A stretch of 64,000 nt of DNA, from the NCBI RefSeq assembly GCF_009914755.1, contig NC_060929.1; one strand, written 5' to 3'. The notes under the pieces were generated by a model. It was not told the DNA's origin and ran no database searches. It saw only the letters and a program-made list of their open reading frames with translations. The stretch's first letter is position 1; the number at the start of each line of letters is the position of its first letter. Below are positions 1 to 42,847 of this stretch, one piece after another. The translations under genes and the position numbers were made by a program. This stretch comes from the human T2T-CHM13v2.0 reference genome, Homo sapiens.

Positions 1-143
1 CACTGTGGTACCTAGGCTGGAGCACAGCGGCTATTCACAGTCACCATCCTAGTGCAACTGCCTGCAACTCCTGGGCTAAAGCCATTCCCCTGCCTCAGCC
101 TCCCAAGTAGCTGGGACTGCAGGTGCACACCACCACACCTGGC
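1..143 (-). mobile_element. Fossil Alu monomer (FAM-like), cut by the window edge
   Basis: Alu right-arm-like sequence retaining the 7SL-type ggctattcacag segment. Confidence 0.6.
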
Positions 144-256
144 TACAGTGTGTTATCAAAAGTGCATACCCAGTAATCTTGAGGGTTTTGTTGTTGTTGT
201 TGTTGTTTGCTGCTGTTGTTGTTGTTGTTTTTTGAGAGGGAGTCTTGCTCTGTTAG

Positions 257-442
<186 letters not shown>

Positions 443-630
443 TGACCTCATGCAGTCCACCTGCCTTGGTCTCCCAAAGTGTTGGGATTATAGGCGTGAG
501 CCACTGCACCTGGCTAATCTTGAGATATTTTTAAAAAACAAGTGCCACATCATTTGAAATCAGTTTCTTTGTATAGGAGCTGCTTATAATCATTACTGCT
601 TAATGCTTTCTTACACATTCTCCATTTCTT

Positions 631-682
631 TTTTTTTTTGAGCATAGAATTTTTTTTATTTGTTGGTGTCATCTATTATTTC

Positions 683-728
<46 letters not shown>

Positions 729-1102
729 CTTTAAGTTTTAGGGTACATGTGCACAATGTGCCAGTTAGTTACATATGTATACATGTGCCATGCTGGTGTG
801 CTGCACCCATTAACTCGTCATTTAGCATTAGGTATATCTCCTAATGCTATCCCTCCCCCCTCCCCCCACCCCACAACAGTCCCCAGAGTGTGATGTTCCC
901 CTTCCTGTGTCCATGTGTTCTCATTGTTCAATTCCCATCTATGAGTGAGAACATGCGGTGTTTGGTTTTTTGTCCTTGCGATAGTTTACTGAGAATGATG
1001 ATTTCCAATTTCATCCATGTCCCTACAAAGGACATGAACTCATCATTTTTTATGGCTGCATAGTATTCCATGGTGTATATGTGCCACATTTTCTTAATCC
1101 AG
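631..1102 (-). mobile_element. 5'-truncated young L1PA (L1PA2/3-like 3' end) with (TAA)n tail and apparent 3' transduction
   Basis: Near-consensus L1 3' UTR at 727-1102; TSD tccatttctt at 621-630 and 1103-1112. Confidence 0.85.
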
Positions 1103-1191
1103 TCCATTTCTTAATTATCTGTTATTACATAATTAAAAGGAAAGTCTTTCATGGTAGTGACATATTCCAAGTGTTTTGTTCTGTCTTACAG

Positions 1192-11852
<10,661 letters not shown>

Positions 11853-12362
11853 TCAGCCTCATTGGACCACTGGTCAGAAATGTCTGCGTTTTGTCACGTT
11901 ATCCATTGTAAATTTTCATTCTGTTTTGCATGTCAGTTAGCATTATGTAAACATTTACAATTAGGTTACATTGTTTTAAGAACTAAGTAGCATAAGTGAA
12001 GCATGATCCAAAATACTTGATTATTGCATTTTCAGAGCATAAACCATGATTAAAACTGCTACTGGCATCAGAATTGAAAATCATATGTTTAAGTAAATGT
12101 TAGGTACAGATTACAAAAATCTGTTAAAGCAAAACATTTTGGAGGAGTGAAATAGTAAAATGCCAAGTATTGTGGCAGATTTATGCTCTGAACCACACAA
12201 AAAAATTGAGGAAGCATTTTTTTAAACAGTCGGTTTAAATTGTTTTTAGAATTATTGCTTTTTGTTCTAATTTTCCACAACCATTAATCTCACTTGTATA
12301 TGGCACACCCAGCACTTGTGCCTGTGGGCCATATTAGATGTTCATTGTCAGAGCTCAAGATG

Positions 12363-12411
<49 letters not shown>
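12363..12411 (+). repeat. (TA)n(CA)n microsatellite inside the CREBRF 3' UTR
   Basis: atatatataaatatatat...acacacacacac. Confidence 0.95.
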
Positions 12412-15400
12412 AATGTCTGTGCAAGTAAGAAAAAAAAAGCATATTCTTTGTGCCTTGTATTTTGGGGAAACTCTAAAACTGGTAATATTTTGTATGATGA
12501 AAACCCTAATGAGAAAAAACAAGATATATAGATGGAAAAATTATGGGGTTTAAATGTTTTTTTGTTCCAACTCTTTTTCAGATTTTTTGAATGTATATAG
12601 GACTATGTTGAAATGTAGATATATGCCACAGAGTCTGTGTATTGTATAAAAAACAAAACAAAAAACAACAAAAAAAAGATGGCTCTAGAAAACTCATATT
12701 TCGGTACTTGACCGGAAGAAGACAAATACTTGCACATTATTGCGATTGTTTTATTTTTTGTACCAAAGACAAATGCAACTGATATGGCAAACTGCCAGTC
12801 TAAGTAAAGTTTTGCACAGCTTACATGATACTGTATGAATGTATGAAAAAAAAGGAGAAAAAAAAGAAAAAAAAAGGTCAGGGTTAGGGATCTTACTGAA
12901 CTGTGAATTTTATTTCTGTTTGGGTCCAATTATCTACAGAAGGAGCATCCATACATACAAATATTATTTTGCTGTTCCTCTAGTTCGCTTCCATAGTAGA
13001 TAAGTTGGTGGCCATTTAGATGTCTTTTATTTCTGCACTTATTGTAGGAAATTTTAATATATTTCATTTTAGTAAGCTATTGATAAAATAGTTTTTGACT
13101 TTGAAAATTAAAATGTTTATTTAGCTTATTGTAGTATACTTCCACCAGACAACAAAATAGATTATTTTTATTGTATTATGTATATATATATATGTAAAGA
13201 AAGAAAAAAGCTAAAAATATCTAATTCTTTAGTTGCCACTTTTCCGATTGATGTATTATTGTGCATGTAATATTTTCAAAGATCAACACAGGCTAAAACA
13301 AAAACAATTTATAGATTTTTATATTTTTGTACAGGTATTTTCAAACTAGCTTCTTCAAACTTAACATGTGACTTATTCTTCTATAGTTTCTAGAATTGAG
13401 AAACATTAACACATTTAGTTTTTAGGTGCTCTTTTTTGCTCATATAAAACAGCTTCATTAGTCAGTGTTTTAACTGTGTTCAAGCTTTACCTCTTGATGA
13501 GAAATTTCTTATGTCAAGGCAGCATTATAAACCTTCCCCCACAGATTTTTCCATCCTGTCTCTCTTACTGTTTTATTCTCAAATCTTGTGCTTTGAACTC
13601 TGAAAACTGGTGGCTTAAAAACTAAAAAAAGAAAAAAAGCATATTTAGCAAGGAAAAAAATACCAAAAATTTCAGGCATAGCTGCTGGAAAAATTATCTA
13701 TTTCTCCATTACCCACTGTAGGATTTCTTTTTTAATTATACTTTGACTATAAAGTGTCAAAGTATAATTTGTTCTTTTCTTTTACTTTGTTACCCCATTT
13801 GTAAGCTATAGCATATGAAGCTATATATATAGCTTGTGAAGGTTTGATCTAGAACACCCAGTAACAAATGAACAATGTTGCTTACCTGCTTCTTTGACAT
13901 CTTAAAAAAGAAATCCAAGGAGGATTGTAAGGATTGTCTTACCACCTTAGCTGAACTGTGATGCACAAGATTTTTCTATGTGTTTGGTGGAAATGTACCT
14001 GGTTTGTACATTCACGCTAAACAGATGATAAGCTCAAGTCTGATGGTTTAATAGAATGTAAGTTCATCGTTTAAAGCTTTTCCTTTTTAGGTTGGAGAAG
14101 GCAAAACACAGGCTTGCAAGTTGGAAGTATATGAAGTCTTGACAGAGTGTGTCTGGTAAATTGAAAAGTGTTTCAAACTATGGCAGTTTTGCAATCAGGT
14201 GAAAATCACCTCATGATATTCAGCTGATAAGGTTTATAAAATTGCCCCTTTCTAGCTGCTCTGTTAGGAATTCTGGTTTTTGATACTTTTTTCCTGTCTG
14301 CAAACCAGAATTTGATTTTTTGGTCTTGCATTTCAAAAAAAAAAAGACTTTGAATCTGTTTAGTAGATTCCATATCTTTGAGTTTCAGTGTTTTATATGT
14401 ACTACTTAAGTTAAATAGTTAAAAGCTTTTAAATAGTTGAGCTTTTTAATGTTGACACTTTATTTTGTACCTATTTATATATGTATGTATATCTTAGAAA
14501 AGCACTTTGTTAAAAAAAAATTGCATTTTATATGATTCCTGCCATTTGCTGCTAAATCTGGGCTGGTCAGAATGCTGCAGCGATACTTGATCTATATAAA
14601 AACCTGGCAGTAAAATGTAGAGTGAAAGTTAAATCCTCTTGCTGTTTTAACTTTATCATAAAGATGACATAGGCAAGCTGTGCAGCTTTACATTTTAACC
14701 AGGGGACTCTGTGGCATTTAAAACCGTCTAGAAATGGTTGTACTTTAATGCCAGTAATAATCTGCTTCCTCTATTGTCATTAAAATATATACGTTTAGTG
14801 TATCACACAAACCAATCTTATAAGGGTAATGTAAAAACCCCAACAATTGTACATGTTCTGTTTTTGAAAATTGTGGCATGTATTTTTGGGTGAAGATCAT
14901 TAGAGAAGAGTTCTCTAAAGGTTTTCTGTGTTCATACATGGTATACAGATAGCTCATAATGAAGTCCAGAATCTTACTTTTAAGTGAAGGCATTGTGAAT
15001 TCACCTCAAGTAAACCCATTGTTCCAAAGCAATTATAAACTTTGACTCTAGTACTACTATGATTTAAAAAAAAAAAAAACCAACAAAAACCTTTTTTCCT
15101 AGTTTCAGATACACTGGATTCTTTATAGAGTTTGTCTCCATATGAAAGCATGCTGTCCAGTCGCTCTTGTTAAGATCTTGTCTGAGTTTTGAATTGGGTG
15201 CCACACTTTTCCAGTCAATATAATTGCTTGTTCTACTGTACCATGTATGATTCTTGTCCTTTCCTATATCCTTCATGACAGATTATGATGTGGCTTTATA
15301 TTGTGCCTTACTTGTACATTTAAAACTAAACGTCTTCATTCCCTTCCACTTCCTACATCTTTAACTTTGACCTTTTTGGTAAGAGAATCAGAACTATTAC

Positions 15401-17368
15401 AAAAGCATCATGAAGGATTTCAGATGGGTATGGTTTCAAATTCCCTCTCTTTATAGTTATTTTATATTTGTATGAAAGACCAGTTTTGGATGGTCTTTGA
15501 ATATAGGGGGGAAAGATTAGCAGTAATTTCACTACATCCCTTTTCTCTGACTTTCATGCATTTCTCATACATCTTCTTTCTGATGCTTGACTTTATTTGC
15601 TTCCTAGCAATAGTCTGCATTTAAAGAAAGGTGTGTTCAATTCATCAGCTTGAAATTGACTATTTCATTTTTCCAGGATTTTTTAGGAGAAGAGTACCCA
15701 TTTTGTTTTATAAAAACAGATGACAAGTCTCTTTAAAAGAAACAGAAGTACAGTACTTTTGAAATACAATGCTGTTAGTTTGGATTTCTTTTTATATATA
15801 TATATAATATTCATACAATGATCTGATGTTTGCCTTCATTAATAAAGCTGTTAGTTTATTCACCAAAATGTCAAGAATGGATGTGCTTTTCTTTATTCCA
15901 CACATTTAAAAAAATTTAGCTGCTAAGATTTAATGTTATAAGAAATGAATTCAAGTTGCCTTCAGCAAGAATTAACAAAAACTTATGTTCCCTTTCTTTA
16001 TATAGTTTCCTAAAATTCTGTTCAAGTATTTTCTAGTTAATTATGTAACAGAATGTTAGCATCTCTCCATATCTTGAAACTTGAATTTTGAGAATGCATT
16101 GAATTATGCTTTCAGTGTTAAAGTAAAAGGTTTCAATTATCCTTCTAGTGAAGTCTGTTGTGGAATACCATTTCCCATGGAACTGAGGCCATTTCCACAA
16201 CTTTGCACAGAACTGCAGTCTTGTTCTTCCCTTGGATCATGACAAATAAGTCTCACACAGTGCCGTAATACTTGTGGATTCTTTTGTAATCTTTGTAATC
16301 TTAATAAGGGCATTATGAGAAGACGACTCCATGTTTTTTTAATACTTCAAACACATTGGGATGTAACAATGAATGTCAACTGTAGGAATGGTGGTTTCGT
16401 TTTAAGGAATAAGCATGTTGGGGAAAGATGATGAAAATGTACTACTGAAAGTTATACACTTCCATAGGCAAATGGGATTATGTGTTGAAGCATAGTCCTC
16501 ATGCTTAATAAACTGACTGAAATCGTAGAAATTACACCTAGGAACTGAGCTAGGCCAAATTGCCATTTTTGTTTAGAGAGTTTTGGAGGTAGTAGTGAGG
16601 GGACAGAGCCTTAAAACTACTTCCAAACAGTATTTTGGAATTGAAGACTTGGTAACTAGTGAAGAACATCAAAGTTGGGTATTTCAATGTGCCAAGTTTG
16701 GGTGAACTAGGTTCGGTTTGCCTCTTTCATAACAATGTAAACACAATGGTGTAGTTAATTAAATTCTGGGTGGATAGGAGCAGGACTGATTACTATGTCT
16801 TGCCCTTCGCCCTTTGTTTTTTTCAGAACCAAATAACAGAAATGTGTATGTGTGTACTGTATCTGCCTTTCCACCACATTTTTATGACACTGTATTCCAC
16901 TGCCTGCTTTTTTACCTTCTTTCCCTAGGATTTGTCCTACAGCTTAGTATTGTGGTTGACAGCGATACTAGGGCTGACAGCACAGAAGTCACAAGAGAAG
17001 AGTGGAAGGGCAAGAATTCAAAGCATTTGTTCATACAATGTGGCAACCTCTTTTGCATAGTTGCGTAGGATCCTGTTTGTAATGCTATCATAAATATTCT
17101 GTAGTTTTTTTTTTTTCTCTCCCAACTGGAGCTATGACACTTTTTATTGGATTCAGTCTTGTCTCTTGTCTAGAAAGAACTTTATCTTGTTGACGCATGA
17201 GCTGTTTAAAAATTATCCTATTAAATGTTGGTTAATAGTTGTGCAGTTTTTCATTTCAGATGGAAAGGCAATGCAAATTTTGCCTTTGTTTTCTGTCACC
17301 TTCCAACCCCTGAGCACTTCTAGTCAGATACAGATTCATCAGTGTATGCAACATCCTTTGTAATTTAA

Positions 17369-17374
17369 AATAAA
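17369..17374 (+). terminator. Distal CREBRF polyadenylation signal (candidate proximal AATAAA at 15841-15846 and 16507-16512)
   Basis: AATAAA with upstream TGTA motifs and a downstream GU/U-rich tract. Confidence 0.75.
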
Positions 17375-19229
17375 AAAAGATGAAAAGAAAACGTTCTGAA
17401 TTGTTTGCCTCATGTTTTCGCCCTTCCTTTCTGTACTTATATCTTGCTTACCTAGGTAACCATCCGCTCCTCAAGATAACCTATTCCAAAGAAATTCCAA
17501 ATCACAGAGAGTGGTGAACTGCTGGTCTGCTGCCCCTCTCGTGGTAATAATCAAAGAGCTAACATTTTTTTGACACTATAGGTTGATTTTTCAATATTTT
17601 AGTGACATTTAGCTATTATATAGAATTATTTGTTGATGTAAGCATTTGCATTCTTCACAGCTTAGAGGATATTCTTATTTCTCCTCTTTTAATCTTTGGG
17701 CAAGTGTTCTGCATGGGAAATAAAATATTTTGGGTCTCTCCTGATTTAAACATTTGTATGTGTTTGTGTGTTTAATCACTCTAAGTAAGTCTCCAAACTA
17801 AGCTGGGCGTATATATAGAGGCTTAAATCCAGAGACCTAAGTGAAGGCTTCCATCAGAGTATGTGGCTGAAAGTCAGCCAGCAAATATTTGTTGAGCACT
17901 TACTCTGCCAGGACCTGTGCTAGGTACTGGACAATAGAGAGATGAAAGAGAACTCCAGGAACTCAGAGCCAGCATGTGAACAGGATTGCAGAACAACACA
18001 GGAGCTGTTACAGATATGCAAAGGGCTCTAGGCACATTATTGTTGCTGAGGTGTTTTCATGGACACATCCAGTGGTGTATTAGAGAATTGATAGACTTGG
18101 GTTCTTAGTATCCTGGACCCTTGAAGAAACCCTCTTTGTTTCATGTGAGTGACATTAAGGCCATCAGGAAGCAAAGGGGAGGGGCATGGCCTCCCATGGA
18201 CTGGTTCTGCATCAGGACTTGATCTCTAAAGACCACTGCTCACAGGATCCTCTGTCAAGATCTTGAGACTGTTAAAGGGCTGGGTGAGCCAGACCAGTAT
18301 AGTCCTTAGGAAACTAAACCTGTGGATAGCATCCAGTTAGCTGGGTCATTCAGCTGGTGAGCTGTTTAGCCACAGTACAGTGGAGAATTTGAAAGAAAGA
18401 AAATGGCTGGGAAATGCTATAATATCCCAGCTAAAAGGTTCAGAGCAGGAAGAAGGTGTTAGAAAGCCCTAGGGGAGGGAGTGGCATTCCTTAAGACTCT
18501 GCTAGGTGCTTTTTTGTTACAGGAAACTCAGCTGCTACTCTCAAGCGCCCAATGAGGCTGGTGGTCATGTTCATTTTACAGGAGACAAGACTCAGATGAG
18601 GAGACTAGCCCCAGACCTACCTTATATGATTATAGAGCTCCAATTCAACTCCAGTCGGCTTGCTGCACTACAGAAATAATTTGTATTCATCTCTTTGGGA
18701 TCAGGTCAAGTCACAGGCAATATTTGGAAGGATGTCTCTGTAGCGGGGGATAAAGGCCTTAGAATCTAAAAACCAAAAAGAAAGCCAAAACCTAGCAGAT
18801 AAACAAAAGCTAGTCTAAGGATCAGTGGGTAAAGGTGATAGGGGAAGCAAAACAGAGTTGAGAGGAATCAGTGATTGCGTGTAATGATCACCAGACTGCA
18901 CATCTGTTCCTCGAAGATGGCCTCTAGCTTAAGGTTTAGGATTGGGTCCCCTTATTGGAAGGAAGTATATTGGAGGGTAGAGAAAAAGGGAGCTTATGTT
19001 TTCTTCTTTAGCTGCAGCATAAGAGATGCAACTGGGGACTGTTGATTGCATATGAATATTCAACAAGAAGCATGATGTGAACGGGGTCCCAAGGGCACGT
19101 CTGCAGGTCTGCCAGCTGCTGGCTTTGGGGCTTCTCTGCTGTCCTAAACAGGGGGCTTCTATGTGAGTATCCAAAACACTGGAGTGACCTGAAGAAAGTA
19201 AACCTCAGTTTCTTTAAAAGGTTTTAACC

Positions 19230-20420
19230 TGAAAATATTACCAGGAATAAACTTAACAGAAAATGTATACAAGGCCTAGGATAAAGAAAACTTTGAAAGT
19301 ACTGTGAAGGACACAGAAGGAAACTGGAATAAATTGAAAGATACACCAAGTTCTTACACAGGAGCAGTGACATAGAACTAACAGTGGTAAGTTAAATTAA
19401 AAATATAATATTGCTAAAAAATGTCATCCTAAGAAAACATACCAAGAGGGTTTAAAAAAAAAGTTTACACAGGGATAAAATAGCTGGAAGATGCTGGTAG
19501 GCAGTGGGGCTGAGGGGGCAGTGATGCAGGGGACAAGGGGAAGAGTTATTTAATCCTAGCAGATACTAAAAGTCGTTATAAAACCATAATAGTTAAAACT
19601 AATTTTGATACATGAATAGGCCAGTCAAGCAGAATAGAAGGTCTAAAAGTAGACTCAAACATATACGACAATTTAGTATGGCAAATGTGGCATCCAGAAC
19701 CAGTGAGCAAAAGGTAGACTCTTCATTAAATAGTATTGGAATAACTAAGTAACCTCCGGAAAAAGTAAAATTGGGTCTATATCTCACACCATAAGCCAAC
19801 ATATATTTCAAAATAGATAATGATCTAAGTGTAAAAAAAAAAAAAAGCTACAAAAAACCACCCATAAAAACACTACAAGGAAATGTGGGCAATCCCTTTA
19901 AATCCCTGTAATTTGGACCACGAATCCAGGAATCATAAACGAAGATTGATAAATTCAATGTAAAACAAGATTAACAAAAACCATAAGCTAAATCAAAGTT
20001 CTATAGACTTTTTAAGGCTGTAGATGTCTTTAAAAAAAAATGAAAATAGAAAAGCTTTGAAACTCATCTCTAAGGACTAATCCTCCTAATATATAGAGTT
20101 CCTGGAAACGGATATGAAAAAAACCAACAACCCAATAGAACAATGAGCAGACAATAGAATAAATGCAAATAGCTCTGAAGCATAGGTAGAGTTTCTCAGC
20201 CTCCTTCATGATCAGAAAAGCATAAACTAAAGAAGGCATTTCTACCTAATCAGATTGGCAAAACTTCCAATGTTTGTTAACCTATCCTGTTGACAAGGCC
20301 ACGGGAAACAGGCATTTATGCCATGTTGCTGGAGGGAGTATGGATTGACATAATCCCTATGAAGAGCAATTTGGTAATATGTCAGAATTTTTAAATGCAT
20401 ATATCCTTTGACCTAGCAAC
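19230..20420 (+). mobile_element. Ancient L1M ORF2/3' fragments
   Basis: ccaggaataaacttaacagaaaatgtatacaag... and atatcctttgacctagcaactcca resemble degenerate L1 ORF2. Confidence 0.6.
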
Positions 20421-20429
20421 TCCATTTGC

Positions 20430-20790
20430 TCTGGGCAAGTCATTATTCCTCTCTGCCCCGTTTTTACCTCACAGAGTTGTTGTAAGAGTTAAGCGAGACA
20501 CACATGAAGCGCTTAGTACAAAGTTCCTGGCACATAGGAAGTGCTCCCAAAATGTGGGCTAGTAGTAGAATAACAGCAGCTAACGGGCATTGAGATCTTA
20601 CTATATGCCACATTAGCACACTGTGCTTGGTGCTTTTCATGTATTTTCTCATTTAATTCTCCAACCTGTGAAGTAGGCGCAATTGATTATCACCAGTTAG
20701 CTTCCGAGGAGACAGAGGCACAGGCATGCGAAGTGTGTGGTGGACAGGATTTGAGCCCAGGCAGATGCCAAGCCTGTGATACACTGCCTC
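20430..20790. mobile_element. MIR fragments in both orientations
   Basis: MIR core-like segments: ctgggcaagtcatt..., ggatttgagcccaggcag. Confidence 0.6.
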
Positions 20791-21015
20791 TCTATTAGGT
20801 GCAGTGGGGTGATGAATACCTTACGAGAGGGTGTGTAGAGGGCTGTAGGGACACAGACAAGCACATAGCCCCGCTTACAACAGGTGGGGACCATATTGAT
20901 TTTTTGGGGAAAAGATGGCTTTCAGTAGAGGCTGTGCCACTTTCTTTCTTTCTTTTTTCTTTTTTTTTTTTTTTTTTTGAGATGGAGTCTTGCTCTGTCG
21001 CCCAGGCTGGAGTAG

Positions 21016-21198
<183 letters not shown>

Positions 21199-21469
21199 TG
21201 ATCCACCCGCCTCGGCCTCCCAAAGTGCTGGGATTACAGGCATGAGCCACCGTGCCCGGCCTAGGCTTTGCCACTTTCAAGATAGGTAATCTTGCAACAG
21301 GGTTGATTGTTTTTTGTTTTAATTTACTCTAAGCCCTACTCCTGATCTGTGATAATAGTGTAGTACAATTTCAAGGGTGGTTGTGAGGATTAAGAGAGAT
21401 GAACATGGTCGGGCACAGTGGCTCACGCCTGTAATCCCAGCACTTTGGGAGGCCGAGGCGGGTGGATCA

Positions 21470-21741
<272 letters not shown>

Positions 21742-22652
21742 TCACAATCTATGCTTGCTGAAGTGACCCGAACAAATGCAGATGGAGTGGGGTCGAGTGG
21801 GGGAAACGCTTTCTAGGGAGAGGGAACACCACATTCTAAGGCTACACATCCAGAAGGAGCTTGAGCAATCCAGGAAGGGCGCAGGGTGCGGTGGCTGATG
21901 GCCGGGGTGGCTGATGGCCTTGAGGACCAGCTAAGAAACTTGGATTATTTACTAACAAAAATAAAAGAGCCACCATTTGTTGAGGGTTTGCTCTGACATT
22001 TCCATCAAAACTACCTTAGCAAGGTAGATTTAATAAATCCAGTTGTATACAAAAGGGAAACACGAGAAGCCATAGAAGGGCTGCATACAGGTAGGTGACT
22101 TGATCAATTTCGTGTTTTACAAAGATCCCTTAGATCATGTGTTGGAGTGATAGGAGGTACTCTACCGACCTGCCTTGAACTCCATACTTTAAAAAATATA
22201 TGACGTTTATCATTTCCTCTTTTACTCCACAATTTATACTCACTGTAGAAAATATTAAAAATATAAGAAAGTTTGAAGAAACAAAAAATTATTACTGGTA
22301 CTTTCCAGAGACATCTCAATTGATACTTTTCTTCCAGTCTTTTTTTTTCTATGTAAAAAATATATAGTTATTAGAATGCCTGACAGAAGGAAGATGGAAA
22401 GAGACCACTGTGAAGCGTTCTTGATATTCCCTCTTCCCTTCCTCTCCATGTTATTAGGGCCATACCAAGAGGAGAGGCTGATTTCCCTACACGTGTCAGG
22501 GAAAGTCCCAACTCTGCGCAGTGACCCTCGCTTGCCATTTTCGCCGGTCTCTAGGGGGCGCTGCCCCGAGACTGGGTGGGGAGGGAAAGAAGGTGGTGCG
22601 AAAACGCGTTTGAACTTGGGTCCTGCCGCTGCCCGTAGCCGGCGTCCCCAAC

Positions 22653-42021
<19,369 letters not shown>

Positions 42022-42435
42022 GATCCCAAAGGTGCCAGTTCTGGCCCTTTCAGCTCCTGTTTCAGGATCTGTCCTGGTTCCTGAGCTCTAGGCTGCTAAG
42101 CTGAGCCACACACCCCTCCGTTTGCACCAGTTGCCTGCAGGTTGGATGGAACACAGTGCCCCACTTTTCTGCAAGTAGCTGGCTTGTAAAGGGTGAACAG
42201 AGCCATGGGAGGAAGGTCTGGCATTGGGATGCCGCCCTGGGGACATACGAACCGCCTCCTTCCACCATTGTGCACTATGGGAGGCCGCTGCTGCGTGGAG
42301 CACTTAAAGTCCAGCCTCCAGGACCGGATGCCCCTCCTGTCTCCCGCTCCCATCGTGCCCTTAAATGCCAGATCTGGTGGAGGGAAGAGAGAAGAGGTAG
42401 GAAGAAAGGTGATGAAAACTCCTGGTCATTCCTTG

Positions 42436-42465
42436 AATAAACTTGATTTTATTTAATAGAATAAA
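42436..42465 (+). terminator. BNIP1: BNIP1 tandem polyadenylation signals
   Basis: AATAAA at 42436-42441 and 42460-42465, ~0.42 kb after the stop; GU/U-rich tract (gtgtgttcctctttt) downstream. Confidence 0.85.
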
Positions 42466-42649
42466 ATGTATTTGATTTTGTAAGATAGCCCTCTGGGAAT
42501 GTGTGTTCCTCTTTTCTTTTTTCTTTTTTTTTGAGATGGAGACTTGCTCTATCATCCAGGCAGGAGTGCAATGGCGCAATCTTGGCTCACTGCAGCCTCT
42601 GCCTCCTGGGTTCAAAAGATTCTCTTGCCTCAGCCTCCCAAGTAGCTAG

Positions 42650-42847
<198 letters not shown>

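Larger units (their letters stand above)
11853..17392 (+). other. CREBRF: CREBRF long AU-rich 3' UTR (~5.5 kb)
   Basis: AT-rich, Alu-free sequence from the stop codon to AATAAA at 17369-17374, followed by a U/GU-rich element (ttgtttgcctcatgttttcgcccttcctttctgt). End position is approximate. Confidence 0.8.

Noticed and set aside
638-844. Poly-Tyr ORF
   Set aside because: Translation of the (TTA)n tail of the antisense L1.
21890-21919. Short tandem duplication ggtggctgatggcc x2 (similar ones at ~4828, ~11450, ~23930)
   Set aside because: Ordinary slippage duplications with two copies only; not an array, and nothing CRISPR-like in the window.
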